Part shown: piece after piece, positions 49,001-58,500 of the stretch
Numbering within the stretch: position 1 is the first letter of the stretch
How the letters are laid out: every line of letters starts with the position of its first letter
Origin: a virus
IMG/VR virus record: IMGVR_UViG_3300017917_002349
Coordinates: 1 to 64,000 of that record
Length of the DNA: 64,000 nucleotides
Reading direction: 5' to 3' (one strand)
Translations under genes and position numbers: made by a program
Notes under the pieces: model-generated
Databases searched by the model: none
Seen by the model: only the letters and a program-made list of their open reading frames with translations
What the model was told of the DNA's origin: nothing

Positions 49001-49783
49001 CCTCAGAACACATCCGGTACAGGTTCAAATATCTCATTGGTCGTGACTAACAGTATCAGTACTAGTTATGCCAATGCGATCAGCACAGCAAGGAGTGATT
49101 TTTTAATGACCGACAGCGATTGGACTGCATCTTATGCTGCTGTTGGAGATGTATTATCATTGGCCGGCTCTATTACAGCTAATCAGACCATACAGACAGT
49201 GTCTACCAGCTATGCTAGAGTCAGCGGTGTGTTGTATACTAGAATAGTCATGAGTAGTAATGGTAATAATACCACAGGCGGAAATAGTAATCAAACGATT
49301 ACTGTACAGGCTTCAGGAACAGCAGCCAGCTACTCTAATACTAATTACTTGTTCTTTACTTCTGCTAGTTATAATGCTTCAGGTGCCACAACAGGTACTA
49401 GGGTGGCCACATCAGACACTAAATTTCCAGCAGGTACAGCGATTTCTACTGTGACGTCAAGAAGATTAGGTTCGACTACTGTACAACGTGTGACCTTTAC
49501 CCAGTCTTCTAATACTTCAGTTGCCGCAGCAGCCACAGTGACTTTCCAATTTGGTGATCCTCAATATGCACTGCCGGGAGAACAGGTATTTTCGTTCGTT
49601 ACTAACCCAGGAAATACCACTTCGTTAGATCTAACTCAATTGAAGGAACTAACCACTACTGCAATTGGCGGAAGAGGAGCTTTCCCTAATGGACCAGACG
49701 TATTAGCTATTAATATCTATAAGATATCTGGAACAGCAAATCCGGCCAGTATTATTCTTCGTTGGGGTGAGGCTCAGGCCTAA
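43070..49783 (+). CDS. Giant virion structural/tail fibre protein with N-terminal phycobiliprotein-like domain
   Basis: 2237 aa. KCIRDVGYFIDAVLHDL near the N-terminus, DADFEYGLQPTKW, GTDLGGTSP.NDI repeats, FVAVASGGT..AYS..G..W repeats, HRPFDGGV, YQSGKG. Confidence 0.75.
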   Translation: MAKKQLKKYVFEPGISKDDNLYPHAVALLSANKAFLQQQVVAFINNQITNNIGVYAGYTYASQKCIRDVGYFIDAVLHDLRYGGNVKCRQVADYFWIDGEPQIRGDVSPEITGQQYLRDVINNYIFTNTTVSPSYGNTVAQVKIIGQNAESGASSRNTTLWSVFSNVIQNGLPAMPSKVAGVSSIRVIGKYDPSEILLITDTNNGEILYSFADNNNTLTCEYKQGRSSGNGELLTDVDFPRWWHTSDTITTISLSADTSLLSAAADLQIFVEDPNQQIRPWEFGTDAIERMRVAAPQAMLDADFEYGLQPTKWQALGLIRMYPSVYEVPGTDLTISAITTDASSNTGFFGSSLITVTTTGTHGFSAGQPITVKGLLSTVSGFARAEGSFLIYSTPSAVSFTYYASAKVGTANGDSLYTSFAQIRQAGFYTGASVGAPTFSLYSNGTNLTITSKFITASGSTTIAFDGTAPTSGSPVTGSPVFVQGTAISGVIGSSTVSAKIKTATLTTDTSVEVVSATGIQQQMALSSGGGTALFINSLAGTTLNLSGAIGSTYVGANGSNSGVTGTNIPPIGVGAHFAVSRSAGVYSVTDPGDSTSNGQNYAVGDNLLIAGTDLGGTSPQNDITVVVTGIDSGGTITNFSFSGSAISGGASYSLVLPNSTTGSGSGAYLAVDRAGGTGVYTNIVVSGGSLYSPGDYVTWSGADLGGSSPANDITILVQGVTSGSIVDYVVQGTPVGATGNGSYPAANATNIPNSGAGAIFTVTRTDGNYTAVATNPGSGYVVGNGIRILGTALNGATPLNDCILTVSGAAGGSLTVTAVGVPYAGDSISVYPTMTISEPITSSLAANTTLNVGAIPTVQIDFSSNHGLIPGTTILTQITSNPAPAYAATPRTLTSSLTWVGVAFVGGTFVAVANGSAVTNRSIDGQNWTAGGTIPGSTSWTSIAAGAIGATNYFVAVASGGTVAAYSTDGGQNWTAATLPSSSTWSSVTYYNGVFVAVASGGTAAAYSTNGTTWTAATLPSSSTWTDVAGGFIGTSVYFVAIASGGTAAAYSPDSGVTWVATGALPATATWSSVTFGNNRFVAVASGGTAAAISTNGISWTSSTLPSSANWNSITFGDDNFIVVASGGTQVLYSFTGDTGTWTSAVTTLSSTWEEIAYGTYSGIGIFVAVGNSATANSIVLTSANHQLVTGPHVVASVPSSTSIRYYARTTGTINVDSQGLTGVIYARPDAFFTHRPFDGGVQLGTGNPSHGAQAIRQSKKYIRYQSGKGMMYTTGGLFAPSYNISAATADGLTVNSLITFTTDDTDHGLQAGAEIEIIGMVSFEYNGDYTVDSIVDARRFRVRAGVVLSSLTGTLGVDAKLVLKRWHGASVKIGAFDEQNGLFYQYDGQEMSLVKRSSTNQLTGTVAINTDSNLVTGTGTRFQDQLKVGDKVVIRGMSHIVTGITSQTSMTMAPDWRGANSITGARMAITEDTYIPQREWNLDPIDGNGPSGYNILPWRMQMLGMQYSWYAAGFIEWMLRGADGKFVFLHRLRNSNVNTEAYMRTANLPVRYEVENRSAVSKLSATVTSVQSTLPLTDASRFPTNGIVYVDNELISYSGKSGNVLTNCTRAASMNAFTAGQNRTVTGGPASSHSVDAGVQLVSCTASPTISHWGSALLTDGRFDEDRGYLFNYAATGLSVGLTKQTAFLIRLAPSVSNALVGDLGERDLLNRAQLLLNEISVTSDTGSGSIIIEGILNPRNYPTNPTLITWTGLASSGAGGQPSFAQIALGGSINWGGVPATTSTATVQGALTTTTTARAFSTITNNITAVSQPAGLSGYNGALDTARTDFVITNAAYNALLSTTPLRVGDTLAQNAGGTLVNVRIIGFSGQFDCNSTTLVVGMTVTLTGGGTNYPANGTILGYTGTTTYKISVTNGSTTFTLTELNGSALTTNTGNNPQGTFVLNNNLGTGRSITAITPSYQGSGFTRIVMNSVPQNTSGTGSNISLVVTNSISTSYANAISTARSDFLMTDSDWTASYAAVGDVLSLAGSITANQTIQTVSTSYARVSGVLYTRIVMSSNGNNTTGGNSNQTITVQASGTAASYSNTNYLFFTSASYNASGATTGTRVATSDTKFPAGTAISTVTSRRLGSTTVQRVTFTQSSNTSVAAAATVTFQFGDPQYALPGEQVFSFVTNPGNTTSLDLTQLKELTTTAIGGRGAFPNGPDVLAINIYKISGTANPASIILRWGEAQA
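45930..46400 (+). repeat. Intragenic tandem repeats (FVA[VI]ASGGT.AA[YI]S..G..W...TLP...W), about 4 copies
   Basis: Near-identical DNA such as CTGGACTGCGGCAACA at about 45991 and 46110. Confidence 0.7.
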
Positions 49784-50060
49784 CAATAAATTTAGAACGT
49801 TTCCACATATCGATCTTAGAGTCCATAGACTTTTTGATCGATATGATGTTGGCACGTATGTCTGAGATCTCTGTAGGTATTCTGCCACTGATTAATAATT
49901 GTTGATGATTTTTATCAACATATCCGACCTGCTCTTTGAGCTTTCCTAATAAATTTAATAATTCTATTCTGAGAGATTCGTCTGTGATAGCATTGATCTC
50001 AGTGACATATCTATTATAATCTTGGATATATTTAGGATTTGTTGTTAGTGATGGAATCAT
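49752..50060 (-). CDS. Hypothetical helical protein
   Basis: 102 aa ORF in the minus-strand operon; overlaps both neighbours. Confidence 0.55.
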   Translation of the reverse strand: MIPSLTTNPKYIQDYNRYVTEINAITDESLRIELLNLLGKLKEQVGYVDKNHQQLLISGRIPTEISDIRANIISIKKSMDSKIDMWKRSKFIVRPEPHPNEE

Positions 50061-50433
50061 TTTTTTCTAGTACCAAAATAGTTTCTAATTTTGCTCGGAT
50101 CAGCTGATTATTTAATGTAGTTTTTAGGCCACTGTGTAAATTCCTTGGAAGATAATCTAAATTACTCCAACAAATAGTACGATCTGTGGCAGCGAAAAAC
50201 TCAGTTTCAACTAAGCATACATAGGTTCCGTATTCGAATCCTCGATCTTCGCTGAGATATAGTTCTATAGGTAAAAGTTTACCCATGGAATATCTAGTTA
50301 AAAGCTGTTGAGCATCTTCCAGCAATGAACCAGATCTAGCGAAGGTAGGCACAGTCCATTTTTCATCTTCTAAAATGAGAAAAATTCTACTGCTATTTTT
50401 AGCAAGAAAAAGTAATCCGGCACGCTGTTGCAT
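50032..50433 (-). CDS. Nudix-fold-like protein lacking the Nudix box
   Basis: AGLLF....RI.LIL....W..P and Y.TY.C.V..EF....W..LD.LP..LH.GL, but no GX5EX7REUXEEXG. Confidence 0.45.
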   Translation of the reverse strand: MQQRAGLLFLAKNSSRIFLILEDEKWTVPTFARSGSLLEDAQQLLTRYSMGKLLPIELYLSEDRGFEYGTYVCLVETEFFAATDRTICWSNLDYLPRNLHSGLKTTLNNQLIRAKLETILVLEKNDSITNNKS

Positions 50434-50441
50434 ACCTTTAC

Positions 50442-52067
50442 TTATTGAGGATCGAGATCAAATCTCCAATATCCTGAAGCATATTCACCTTCAAAACTCT
50501 TATACCACTGACCGTCGGTGTTCCAACGATATTGAAGGCCGGTTTTTAAATTTTGAAATATTAGAGTTACAATTTCAAAGTTTTCGCTGTCGGATGGAAT
50601 AATGATATTATCAGAATCTAAAATATTATTTTTAACTCGATATGTAACACCGTCATAGATAATGATTTGACCTACCGAATAACGCAGTACATTAGAGAAT
50701 GGGTAAAGATTCATAGTCCAAACCGGCAGTAGATCAATCCATGCAGTGCCATTCCATTCTACAATAGTATTAGCACGTATTACCGGATCAGATCCGTTTA
50801 AATTTTTCCAAGCATCCGGGCCATCATAGTTCCAATTTGGGTCTAGAGCGACCGTACTGCCTACATTTTGGCTGTTATTAACATCGTCTAATACTAGATA
50901 TCTTGTACCGGTGGTTATAGTCTGGTCCGACATTTCCTTGTTAGGTCTCTTGGGGTTAAATTTATATGGATCAACTATGGCATCAACTGTGGTTCGACCT
51001 GACGGATAAATCTCACTATAGATAACTGTATTTGAAGGAATATCTGTGATACTAACTAATAGATATGTGGGGTCTAGTTCATTAACTATAAATGTACCTC
51101 CGATTTCAGTACCGTCAACTTGTAAAAAGAAAATTTTGCTGATACCTGAAATATAGCCACCAAAATTATCCAAGACTGTATTCCAATCTATACGATCTCC
51201 TTGCTTAATTGGAAGATCAATACCTGTGGCAGCGATAACTTCTCCAGGAGAAACTATAGAAACATCATAGTCAGTAGCTTCGCCGTTATTGCTCTTTAAC
51301 AGCAATACTCTCCAATTTCCCTGCACAAAACGTTGAGAAGAATTACTGTTATCGCCATCATAGACCAAATCATCTAGACTTAATATATCTCCAGTTTCAG
51401 AAAAAACGTTCATAACTAGATTTCTTACCACTCCTAATTTTTTAACCTTAGCTGGCGGACTGATATAGATCGGCATTTCAAATTCCAGAGAACAAATGTC
51501 AATATCAGATTCTGTTCCTACAGGAATAGTCCTAGAACTAAAATTGGTACTGACAAGATTCAATACACTTAGACTGGTCCAATCAATATAATTATCAGTG
51601 GTTTGAATTTCTAAACTAGGATTAAACAACATTAGTATCTGTTCTACTATCTGGAGTTTTTGGTCGGTGTTTGAAGTCCAAATATCTGCCTTCATTTTTA
51701 ATTTGAAAGGAGTAGGCATAAGTCTTTCTACAGTATATCCGCCTCCCTGGATATTTTGGTATTGTATCTGTCCATCAACTTCGTTCCAAGAACGTTCGCG
51801 TATGTTTAATTTGCTGACAAAACTAGCGTCTGCTAATCGCGTGGTGTCCATTTCTAGACCAGAAATGAAACAGGCTATTCTTGGTACCGTGGGCATCTTG
51901 TTTTCTGAATTTTCTTTGATTATAGCAGCCACTTGTCTGGTTAAATCACCGTACAGTACGGGAATATGTTTCAGGGTGCCGTCACCGGTTTTGTATTTGA
52001 AGCCTATAAACACACGCATGAACTGTGTGACATATCTTCTTATCTGTCCATCATAAAAAAAATCCAT
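50442..52067 (-). CDS. gp15: Tail sheath stabiliser/terminator, C-terminally extended
   Basis: FFYD.QIRRY..QF..VF, IPV.YG, PRI, MPTPF.L, QIVEQI...FNP. Confidence 0.8.
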   Translation of the reverse strand: MDFFYDGQIRRYVTQFMRVFIGFKYKTGDGTLKHIPVLYGDLTRQVAAIIKENSENKMPTVPRIACFISGLEMDTTRLADASFVSKLNIRERSWNEVDGQIQYQNIQGGGYTVERLMPTPFKLKMKADIWTSNTDQKLQIVEQILMLFNPSLEIQTTDNYIDWTSLSVLNLVSTNFSSRTIPVGTESDIDICSLEFEMPIYISPPAKVKKLGVVRNLVMNVFSETGDILSLDDLVYDGDNSNSSQRFVQGNWRVLLLKSNNGEATDYDVSIVSPGEVIAATGIDLPIKQGDRIDWNTVLDNFGGYISGISKIFFLQVDGTEIGGTFIVNELDPTYLLVSITDIPSNTVIYSEIYPSGRTTVDAIVDPYKFNPKRPNKEMSDQTITTGTRYLVLDDVNNSQNVGSTVALDPNWNYDGPDAWKNLNGSDPVIRANTIVEWNGTAWIDLLPVWTMNLYPFSNVLRYSVGQIIIYDGVTYRVKNNILDSDNIIIPSDSENFEIVTLIFQNLKTGLQYRWNTDGQWYKSFEGEYASGYWRFDLDPQ

Positions 52068-53341
52068 TATTCGTCTGCCTTGGGTCTAAGAGCTTTTGAT
52101 AGGCTCTGTTTTTCTTTGATCTGTTTACCATTAATGGTATTGATCTTTTCATTGTTAACAAATGATGTTTTCTGAGTCAACCTTACATCTTTATCTAGGA
52201 AAACATCGTTAGGTGAACCACCCGCTACCACATCTTCGTTGCCCATGTTGCTCATAGTCATTCGTGTTACATCCTCTACTTTTAACCAACGCCTGCCATT
52301 ATATCTGAATAATCTTTTCGGTAGATAATCTGTTCTAAGATGATATTGACCATCTGCGGGTAGTAAAGGAAAACTTATACCTGCAGTAAAAGGAGCACCA
52401 TTAGGGGGAAGTCCGTCGCCGTCTCCGATCATCGGACCGTTATATTCGGGACTTCTAAAAATCGTTGACGATGTGGGGCCCACATATATAGGACGACCAT
52501 TTTCGTCCGACAAAGGATTACCGTTCTCGTCTGTGGCCCTGGTCTGAACGCTAGCGTCGAGTTGAGTACTGTCAACAGTGACTAATTCTACCCGACCATT
52601 TTCATCCTTCTGAAGCATATAATGTCTAGTGGTATCGTAGCCACTCTTAGGAGCGTCGGCTTCAGCTTGATCAAGAACAGCGGCCGTGATCTGCATTTCC
52701 TTTTCGTAGGTGCTCATCACGTCTCTTAAAGTGGTAGTACCATCTTCTCCGGATTCATCAGCTAGGCCGTCTAAGATATCCTTGAATTCTTGACTGTCTA
52801 CAAGAGGCTTACATTTAGCACGATAGAGATGCGGATACCAAGTAACCGAAAATCCCTCAGCAGCACGGGTGACTTCTTCTATAACATAAAAACGTTTGAG
52901 AGCAAATTGTAAGTCGTTAAGAGCGAACTCATCTTTAAGATGAGGTAATTCTATAACATCTCCTGCTATGATTTTTCTTCCAAGTTTTTCTATTGTGTCG
53001 TTGATATGAAAAGTTATAAAGATTGTATCGTTCTGTAAAAACAACCCAAACTGGCTGAGATTAAAATCTGTATCTTGTATATTATAGACCCCCCGCATGA
53101 CATAGATATCGGGATCGTATTTGCGATCTCGATTTTCTAAGAACAGCAAGTCCTGTATCTGAGTCACTGCTGTTTCATTATACAAGGGTGTCGTTGGCGA
53201 ATTTTCCAGACTAGAGCCCGGACCTAGATATTTGTGTACTAGGCAGTCAGTTCCGCCAATCTGGAACATTTCCCAGACAGTTTTGTCTATAAACTTATAA
53301 TCATTGCCCTTTTCGGGACGGTATAACGAGAGTCTTGGCAT
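52067..53341 (-). CDS. gp14: Neck protein (gp14-like), extended
   Basis: QDLLFLENRDRKY, FNLSQFGLFL..D.IFITFH, GDVIELPH; adjacent to gp13 and gp15. Confidence 0.7.
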   Translation of the reverse strand: MPRLSLYRPEKGNDYKFIDKTVWEMFQIGGTDCLVHKYLGPGSSLENSPTTPLYNETAVTQIQDLLFLENRDRKYDPDIYVMRGVYNIQDTDFNLSQFGLFLQNDTIFITFHINDTIEKLGRKIIAGDVIELPHLKDEFALNDLQFALKRFYVIEEVTRAAEGFSVTWYPHLYRAKCKPLVDSQEFKDILDGLADESGEDGTTTLRDVMSTYEKEMQITAAVLDQAEADAPKSGYDTTRHYMLQKDENGRVELVTVDSTQLDASVQTRATDENGNPLSDENGRPIYVGPTSSTIFRSPEYNGPMIGDGDGLPPNGAPFTAGISFPLLPADGQYHLRTDYLPKRLFRYNGRRWLKVEDVTRMTMSNMGNEDVVAGGSPNDVFLDKDVRLTQKTSFVNNEKINTINGKQIKEKQSLSKALRPKADE

Positions 53342-53348
53342 AGTCTTA

Positions 53349-53364
53349 TATTTAGTGGTAAATA
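53349..53364. promoter_or_regulatory. Back-to-back late promoters (TAAATA on - at 53349-53354 and on + at 53359-53364)
   Basis: They lie 7 and 5 nt from the ATGs of the gp14-like and gp13-like genes. Confidence 0.65.
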
Positions 53365-53369
53365 ACTGT

Positions 53370-54128
53370 ATGAGTACTAATGACCAAGCCAGACAATCAG
53401 TCTACAACTACTGCAAAACCATGCTGGGCGACGGCATGATTGATATCGAACTAGATCCTTTACATTACGAAACAGCTCTAGATAGATCATTGGGTGTTTT
53501 CCGTCAGCGCAGCGATAATGCTGTAGAGGAAAGTTACTGTTTTTTGATGCTCGAGAAAGACAAAAACGAATATATTCTACCTAAAGAAATACAACAGGTT
53601 AGACAGCTCTTTCGTAGAAGTATCGGGTCAAGGACAGGTAGCGGCTCAGGCGGCACTGTGTTTGAACCATTTAATCTAGCATATACAAATACCTATCTGC
53701 TGAGTTCGACTAACATGGGCGGATTGTTAACCTATGAATTATTCAGCCAATATCAAGAACTGGTAGGAAAAATGTTTGGATCTTTCATTAACTTCACATG
53801 GCAGCCACAGAGTCGTAAATTGATGATACAACAGCGACCAAGAGGCGAAGAAGAAATATTACTTTGGGTCTATAATACCAAACCTGATTTTGCCATCATA
53901 GAGGACACCTATGCAGGACAATGGATCAAAGATTATACCCTAGCAAACTGTAAGATGATGTTGGGTCAAGCACGTGAAAAATTTTCGCAGATCGCTGGAC
54001 CACAAGGCGGCGGCAGTCTAAACGGTGCAGCAATGAAATCAGAAGCCACTGCTGATCTAGAAAGATTGACCAAAGAATTAGAAACTCTAGTTCCGGGCGG
54101 ATCTGGCTATACTTTTATCATAGGTTAA
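53370..54128 (+). CDS. gp13: Neck protein
   Basis: Start at MSTNDQ (53370); LG...IDIEL...HY, WIKDY..A.CK..LG..R.KF....GP.GG..LNG. Confidence 0.8.
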   Translation: MSTNDQARQSVYNYCKTMLGDGMIDIELDPLHYETALDRSLGVFRQRSDNAVEESYCFLMLEKDKNEYILPKEIQQVRQLFRRSIGSRTGSGSGGTVFEPFNLAYTNTYLLSSTNMGGLLTYELFSQYQELVGKMFGSFINFTWQPQSRKLMIQQRPRGEEEILLWVYNTKPDFAIIEDTYAGQWIKDYTLANCKMMLGQAREKFSQIAGPQGGGSLNGAAMKSEATADLERLTKELETLVPGGSGYTFIIG

Positions 54129-54130
54129 GC

Positions 54131-54496
54131 ATGAGAGCACGAGAATTTATACCTGAAGGAAGAGATGTTAAACCTCTGCGTAAGAGTGTTAAACAATCGA
54201 TGAATAACCTTACTACCTATAATACATTAGATAATAATAATCATCCATATATGGCCTACAGATTTGGTATAGCATTAGCTGGTAGTCCAGAAGTAGACAT
54301 GGATAAAAAATCTACTATCGCTAGTAATTTTACCATGGCAGATTATACAGAAGCAGAAACTGAAATACGCCGTGGCGCGGAAAAAATCATGGGCGTCAAA
54401 GCTTCAACCAGTACAGGCAAGGGATCAGAAGAACTAAAAACAGTCAACGATGTTAGTCCCGTAGCCAAACCTAAAAAGAACAAATACGGCGTCTAA
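54131..54496 (+). CDS. Hypothetical protein with capsid-targeting-like N-terminus
   Basis: Starts MRAREFIPE; 121 aa. Confidence 0.55.
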   Translation: MRAREFIPEGRDVKPLRKSVKQSMNNLTTYNTLDNNNHPYMAYRFGIALAGSPEVDMDKKSTIASNFTMADYTEAETEIRRGAEKIMGVKASTSTGKGSEELKTVNDVSPVAKPKKNKYGV

Positions 54497-54501
54497 AACT
54501 C

Positions 54502-54530
54502 TTGACAAAAAAATAAATTGGCTTTATTAT
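54502..54530 (+). promoter_or_regulatory. sigma70-type promoter for dNMP kinase
   Basis: TTGACA (54502-54507)-17 nt-TATTAT (54525-54530), then AGGAG RBS. Confidence 0.75.
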
Positions 54531-54550
54531 AATCATAATAGGAGACAATT

Positions 54551-55207
54551 ATGATCATAGGTATTTGCGGATTTATTGGCAGCGGTAAAGATACCATCGC
54601 TGACTATCTAGTTAATTTTCACGAGTTTAGACGGGAGAGTTTTGCGTCGACTCTTAAAGATGCTGTAAGCGCGGTGTTTGGATGGGACCGAACACTGTTA
54701 GAAGGGCGCACTAAAGAAGCTCGTGAATGGCGTGAACAAGTAGATCCGTGGTGGGCAGAACGTTTAGATATGCCCACACTCACTCCTCGTTGGGTTCTAC
54801 AATACTGGGGCACAGAAGTTTGCCGTAAAAGTTTCCATGACGATATCTGGATTGCCAGCCTCGAAAATAAACTTCGTAATTCTAAAGATCATGTGGTTAT
54901 TTCAGATTGTCGTTTTCCTAACGAAATACAAAGCATACGTAATGCTGGCGGAAAAATTATTTGGGTGACTCGGGGAGCACTACCTGAATGGTATCAGTAT
55001 GCTCTTGCTGCCAATCAATTAGGTAGTAATCTAGCTATTAATGAACTCAAAATGCGTAAAATACATGCGTCCGAAACCGCATGGGTAGGTACTGATTTTG
55101 ATCATATCATAGAAAACGATTCTACTATATCTGCATTATACGAACAGATGAGATCAATAGTCGGCGGTCAAGTCGCCCTGTCTCCAGGTGATACCCTCTT
55201 TGCCTAA
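54551..55207 (+). CDS. gp1: Deoxynucleoside monophosphate kinase (T4 gp1-like)
   Basis: IIGICGFIGSGKDT P-loop, SFA..LKD, TPRWVLQYWGTE, VISDCRFPNE, HASE. Confidence 0.9.
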   Translation: MIIGICGFIGSGKDTIADYLVNFHEFRRESFASTLKDAVSAVFGWDRTLLEGRTKEAREWREQVDPWWAERLDMPTLTPRWVLQYWGTEVCRKSFHDDIWIASLENKLRNSKDHVVISDCRFPNEIQSIRNAGGKIIWVTRGALPEWYQYALAANQLGSNLAINELKMRKIHASETAWVGTDFDHIIENDSTISALYEQMRSIVGGQVALSPGDTLFA

Positions 55208-55489
55208 TATTTGGGCACAGTTACAACATACAGTTTTAAGATTGGCGGGCCTACAGTTATTTAGGTCCCCGTCTACATGAAAAACTCTATATACCTCTTT
55301 GTGAGGACTCTTATAACCGCATTTGTCACAGACATTCTTTAGCTTATATCCGTGCCTGAGCCAACGGGGAATACCATGATATATTCCGTTAGACAAACAT
55401 ATTTCGCAGAGCCTACGATAGTAGGCTTTGCCTTTTTTATAATAATTAATAGCTCTGGGTCTTTGCCCACACTTACAAAGGGGTCTCAT
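55154..55489 (-). CDS. Zn-finger/HNH-like protein
   Basis: CKC, CEIC, CDKCG and HVDGDLNN....NLKTVCCNC; TAAATA at 55495-55500. Confidence 0.65.
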   Translation of the reverse strand: MRPLCKCGQRPRAINYYKKGKAYYRRLCEICLSNGIYHGIPRWLRHGYKLKNVCDKCGYKSPHKEVYRVFHVDGDLNNCRPANLKTVCCNCAQILGKEGITWRQGDLTADY

Positions 55490-55556
55490 AAAAATATTTA
55501 AGCCTTTTCTGCCCCTTTTTCTTTTGGTATAACCGCCCGTTTTTGTAAACTACCGC

Positions 55557-55562
55557 TAAATA
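55557..55562 (+). promoter_or_regulatory. Late promoter for the sheath/tube operon
   Basis: TAAATA upstream of the AGGAG RBS and gp18 start. Confidence 0.6.
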
Positions 55563-55593
55563 ATATGAGCAACTATTACCAGGAGAATAAGGT

Positions 55594-58500
55594 ATGGCAC
55601 TAGTATCCCCAGGCGTACAAGTTACGGTAATTGATGAGAGTTTTTATACACCAGCTGAACCTGGTACAACTCCACTTATCGTAATAGCTACAGCCGAAAA
55701 TAAATCTAATGCAGCAGGCACTGGAACTGCTGTGGGCACTACCGCAGCCAATGCGGGCAAAGTATTTAAGGTCACAAGTCAGAGAGAACTTGTTGACACA
55801 TATGGAGTACCTTTCTTCGAAAAGACAGCAAGTTCTACTCCAATCCATGGTTCGGAAAGAAACGAATATGGTCTATTAACAGCTTACAGTTTCTTGGGCG
55901 TTAGCAATGCAGCATTCATTCTACGTGCAGATGTAAACTTAGACGAATTAGAAGCACAAGCCACTGTCCCGGGAGCGGAACCTATTGATGGCACTTGGTG
56001 GGTAGACACACAGGCAACTACATGGGGTATCCAAGAATGGAATGGTGCAGCAGCAACTACCACAGGCGGTCAGAAATTTGCCTTTAAGACACCTATCGTT
56101 TTAACAGACGCAGATGTGGCCAAGATCGAAAGCAATGCTCCAAAAGGATCAGTTGGTTCTATCGGTGATTATGCTATAGTTCTTGAAACAGTCAAAGGCG
56201 AAGATAATCTACTATCATTTACAGCCAGTAAAGAATTGGCCAGAGTTTGGTTCAAAAGCCCAGGCGGCACATATGCCAGCGGTTCATTAGTAGATCCGGG
56301 ACAATGGGTACTAGTAGGTAGTCCAGAATGGAAAGCTAGCTGGCCAGTAGTCACCGGCAGCGGCACTACATCTTTACCAGCAGGTAGTTTTACACTAAAT
56401 GGAACTCCTATCAGCGTTAGCGGTGGAACTAGTTATAGTACACTAGCAGGAAATATCAACAGTTTATGCAGCAGCCAAGGAATTAGTGCAAAAGTTTCTG
56501 CAGCAGGCTTCTTACAGATTTTTGTAGACGGTACAGATTCAGCAGCATCTGACTCTTCAGCTATCAGCAGAGGTATTTTAACCGTAGGCGGTTCGTCTGG
56601 TACTGGCACTGTGTTAGCTGCACTTGGAATCAGCGCAGGTGATTACTATCCTCCTTCACTACAACAGACTCCTCATACACAAGTTCCAACATGGAAATCA
56701 AGTGGTGCTACTCCTAGACCGTCGGGTTCAGTATGGATCAAGACCACAGAACCTAATCTAGGTGCTCGTTGGAGAATCAAGCGTTGGAACTCAGCAACTA
56801 AAACATGGATTGAGATTTCAGCTCCTATCTATTCTAGCACATACTCTGCTCTATACTATCTAGATCGAAGTGGCGGCGGAGTTAATCTTGGAGCCAATGC
56901 ATTATTTGTGCAGTCTAATGCCAATGAAGAGGTTGGTCAAGAAGAAACTGCATCATTTAGAATCTGGAAAAGACGTGCATCGGGTGCTACAGTAATTACT
57001 TCTGCAGCGATCACATCGAGTTCATTTACTGCAGGCGATTATACATTTGATCTAGCAGAATCTCTAGCAGGCGAGTCAGCACTAAGCTCTTATAAAACTA
57101 TAGAAATGACAGCAGCCAATGGAAACGCACTGGCACATAATGCTGCCGATGCAGATAAAATTGCAACTGCTATTAATGCAGCAGGTTTTGTACACATTGT
57201 AGCCGAAGTGACTTCAGATAACAAACTTCAAATCACACACAAAGCAGGTGGTGATATGAGATTTGATGACGGTACTGGAACACCACTGAATAATATTTTT
57301 ACAGCCTACAGCACATCAACGGGGATTGGTACAGCTAATTTCTACAGTGTAGAGTCTTTGGTAGACAGTGCTATCGGATATGTTGCTAGCAGCAAAACTA
57401 ATGAGTACCTGGCAACAAATTGGGCACCATTGGCCACAGACGAATTAAGATTCGCAGCATCCGGAGATGCACCATTGGCAGAACCAGAAGACGGACAACT
57501 ATGGTACACACCAAACTTCGGTGAAGTTGACATCATGGTACATAACGGAGAGATTTGGGTAGGCTATAAACACTCAACGTCTCCATATGCGGGAACTGAT
57601 GATAACGGTCCTATTGTAGCAGCAAGTATGCCTACTAAACAAAGCGACGGTACCAGCAATCTTGTAGCAGGTGATCTATGGATCAGTACTGCCGACATGG
57701 AAAACTTCCCAACAATTTACAGATATAATCCAGACGCAGGGACTACCGTAGCCGAAAGATGGCAGTTGGTAGACAAGACAGATCAAACCACAGAAGAAGG
57801 TGTATTGTTTGCAGATGCTAGATTCGGTATAAGTGGTGCATCAGGAAATACAGAAGGTTCAATTAAAGAACTTCTAAGTATAAACTATGTAGATCCAGAT
57901 TGTCCAGACCCAGTACTATATCCAAAAGGTATGTTGCTATGGAATCTACGTCGTAGCGGTGGCAATGTCAAGCGTTATGCAAATAACTACATCGACACAG
58001 CCAGCGACAATGTGAGATATCAAGCAGCTAACAGCGATTTAGGTAATCTCCCAACTGCAGGTGACGGTATGAGCAGTTATGCAACCGACCGTTGGGTAAC
58101 AGCTTCTCCTAATAACGAAGACGGTTCTGGCAGCTTCGGGCGTAAGGCTCAACGTGCATTAGTAGTTCAAAAATTGAAGAGTGTAATTGACACCAGCGAA
58201 GAGGCACGTGACGAAGAACGTAGAAACTTTAATTTAATTGCTTGCCCAGGATATCCTGAAGCACTCAGCAACCTAATTAACTTGAATCTAGACCGTGGAG
58301 TAACAGCATTCGTTGTTGGTGATACACCGTTGCGTTTACCTAGCAATTCAACAGCATTATTATCCTACGGTACAAATGCTAATGGCGCACTAGACAACGG
58401 CGACACAGGCATTGTTAGCTATGACGAATACTGCGCAGTATATTATCCAAACGGATTTACCACTGACCTAGGTGGTTCAAATGCAGTTGTTCCTGCAAGC

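Noticed and set aside
20598-49783. Diversity-generating retroelement acting on fibre genes
   Set aside because: No reverse transcriptase and no adenine-specific TR/VR pair seen; the 55-nt shared block differs only at synonymous positions of two coding paralogs.
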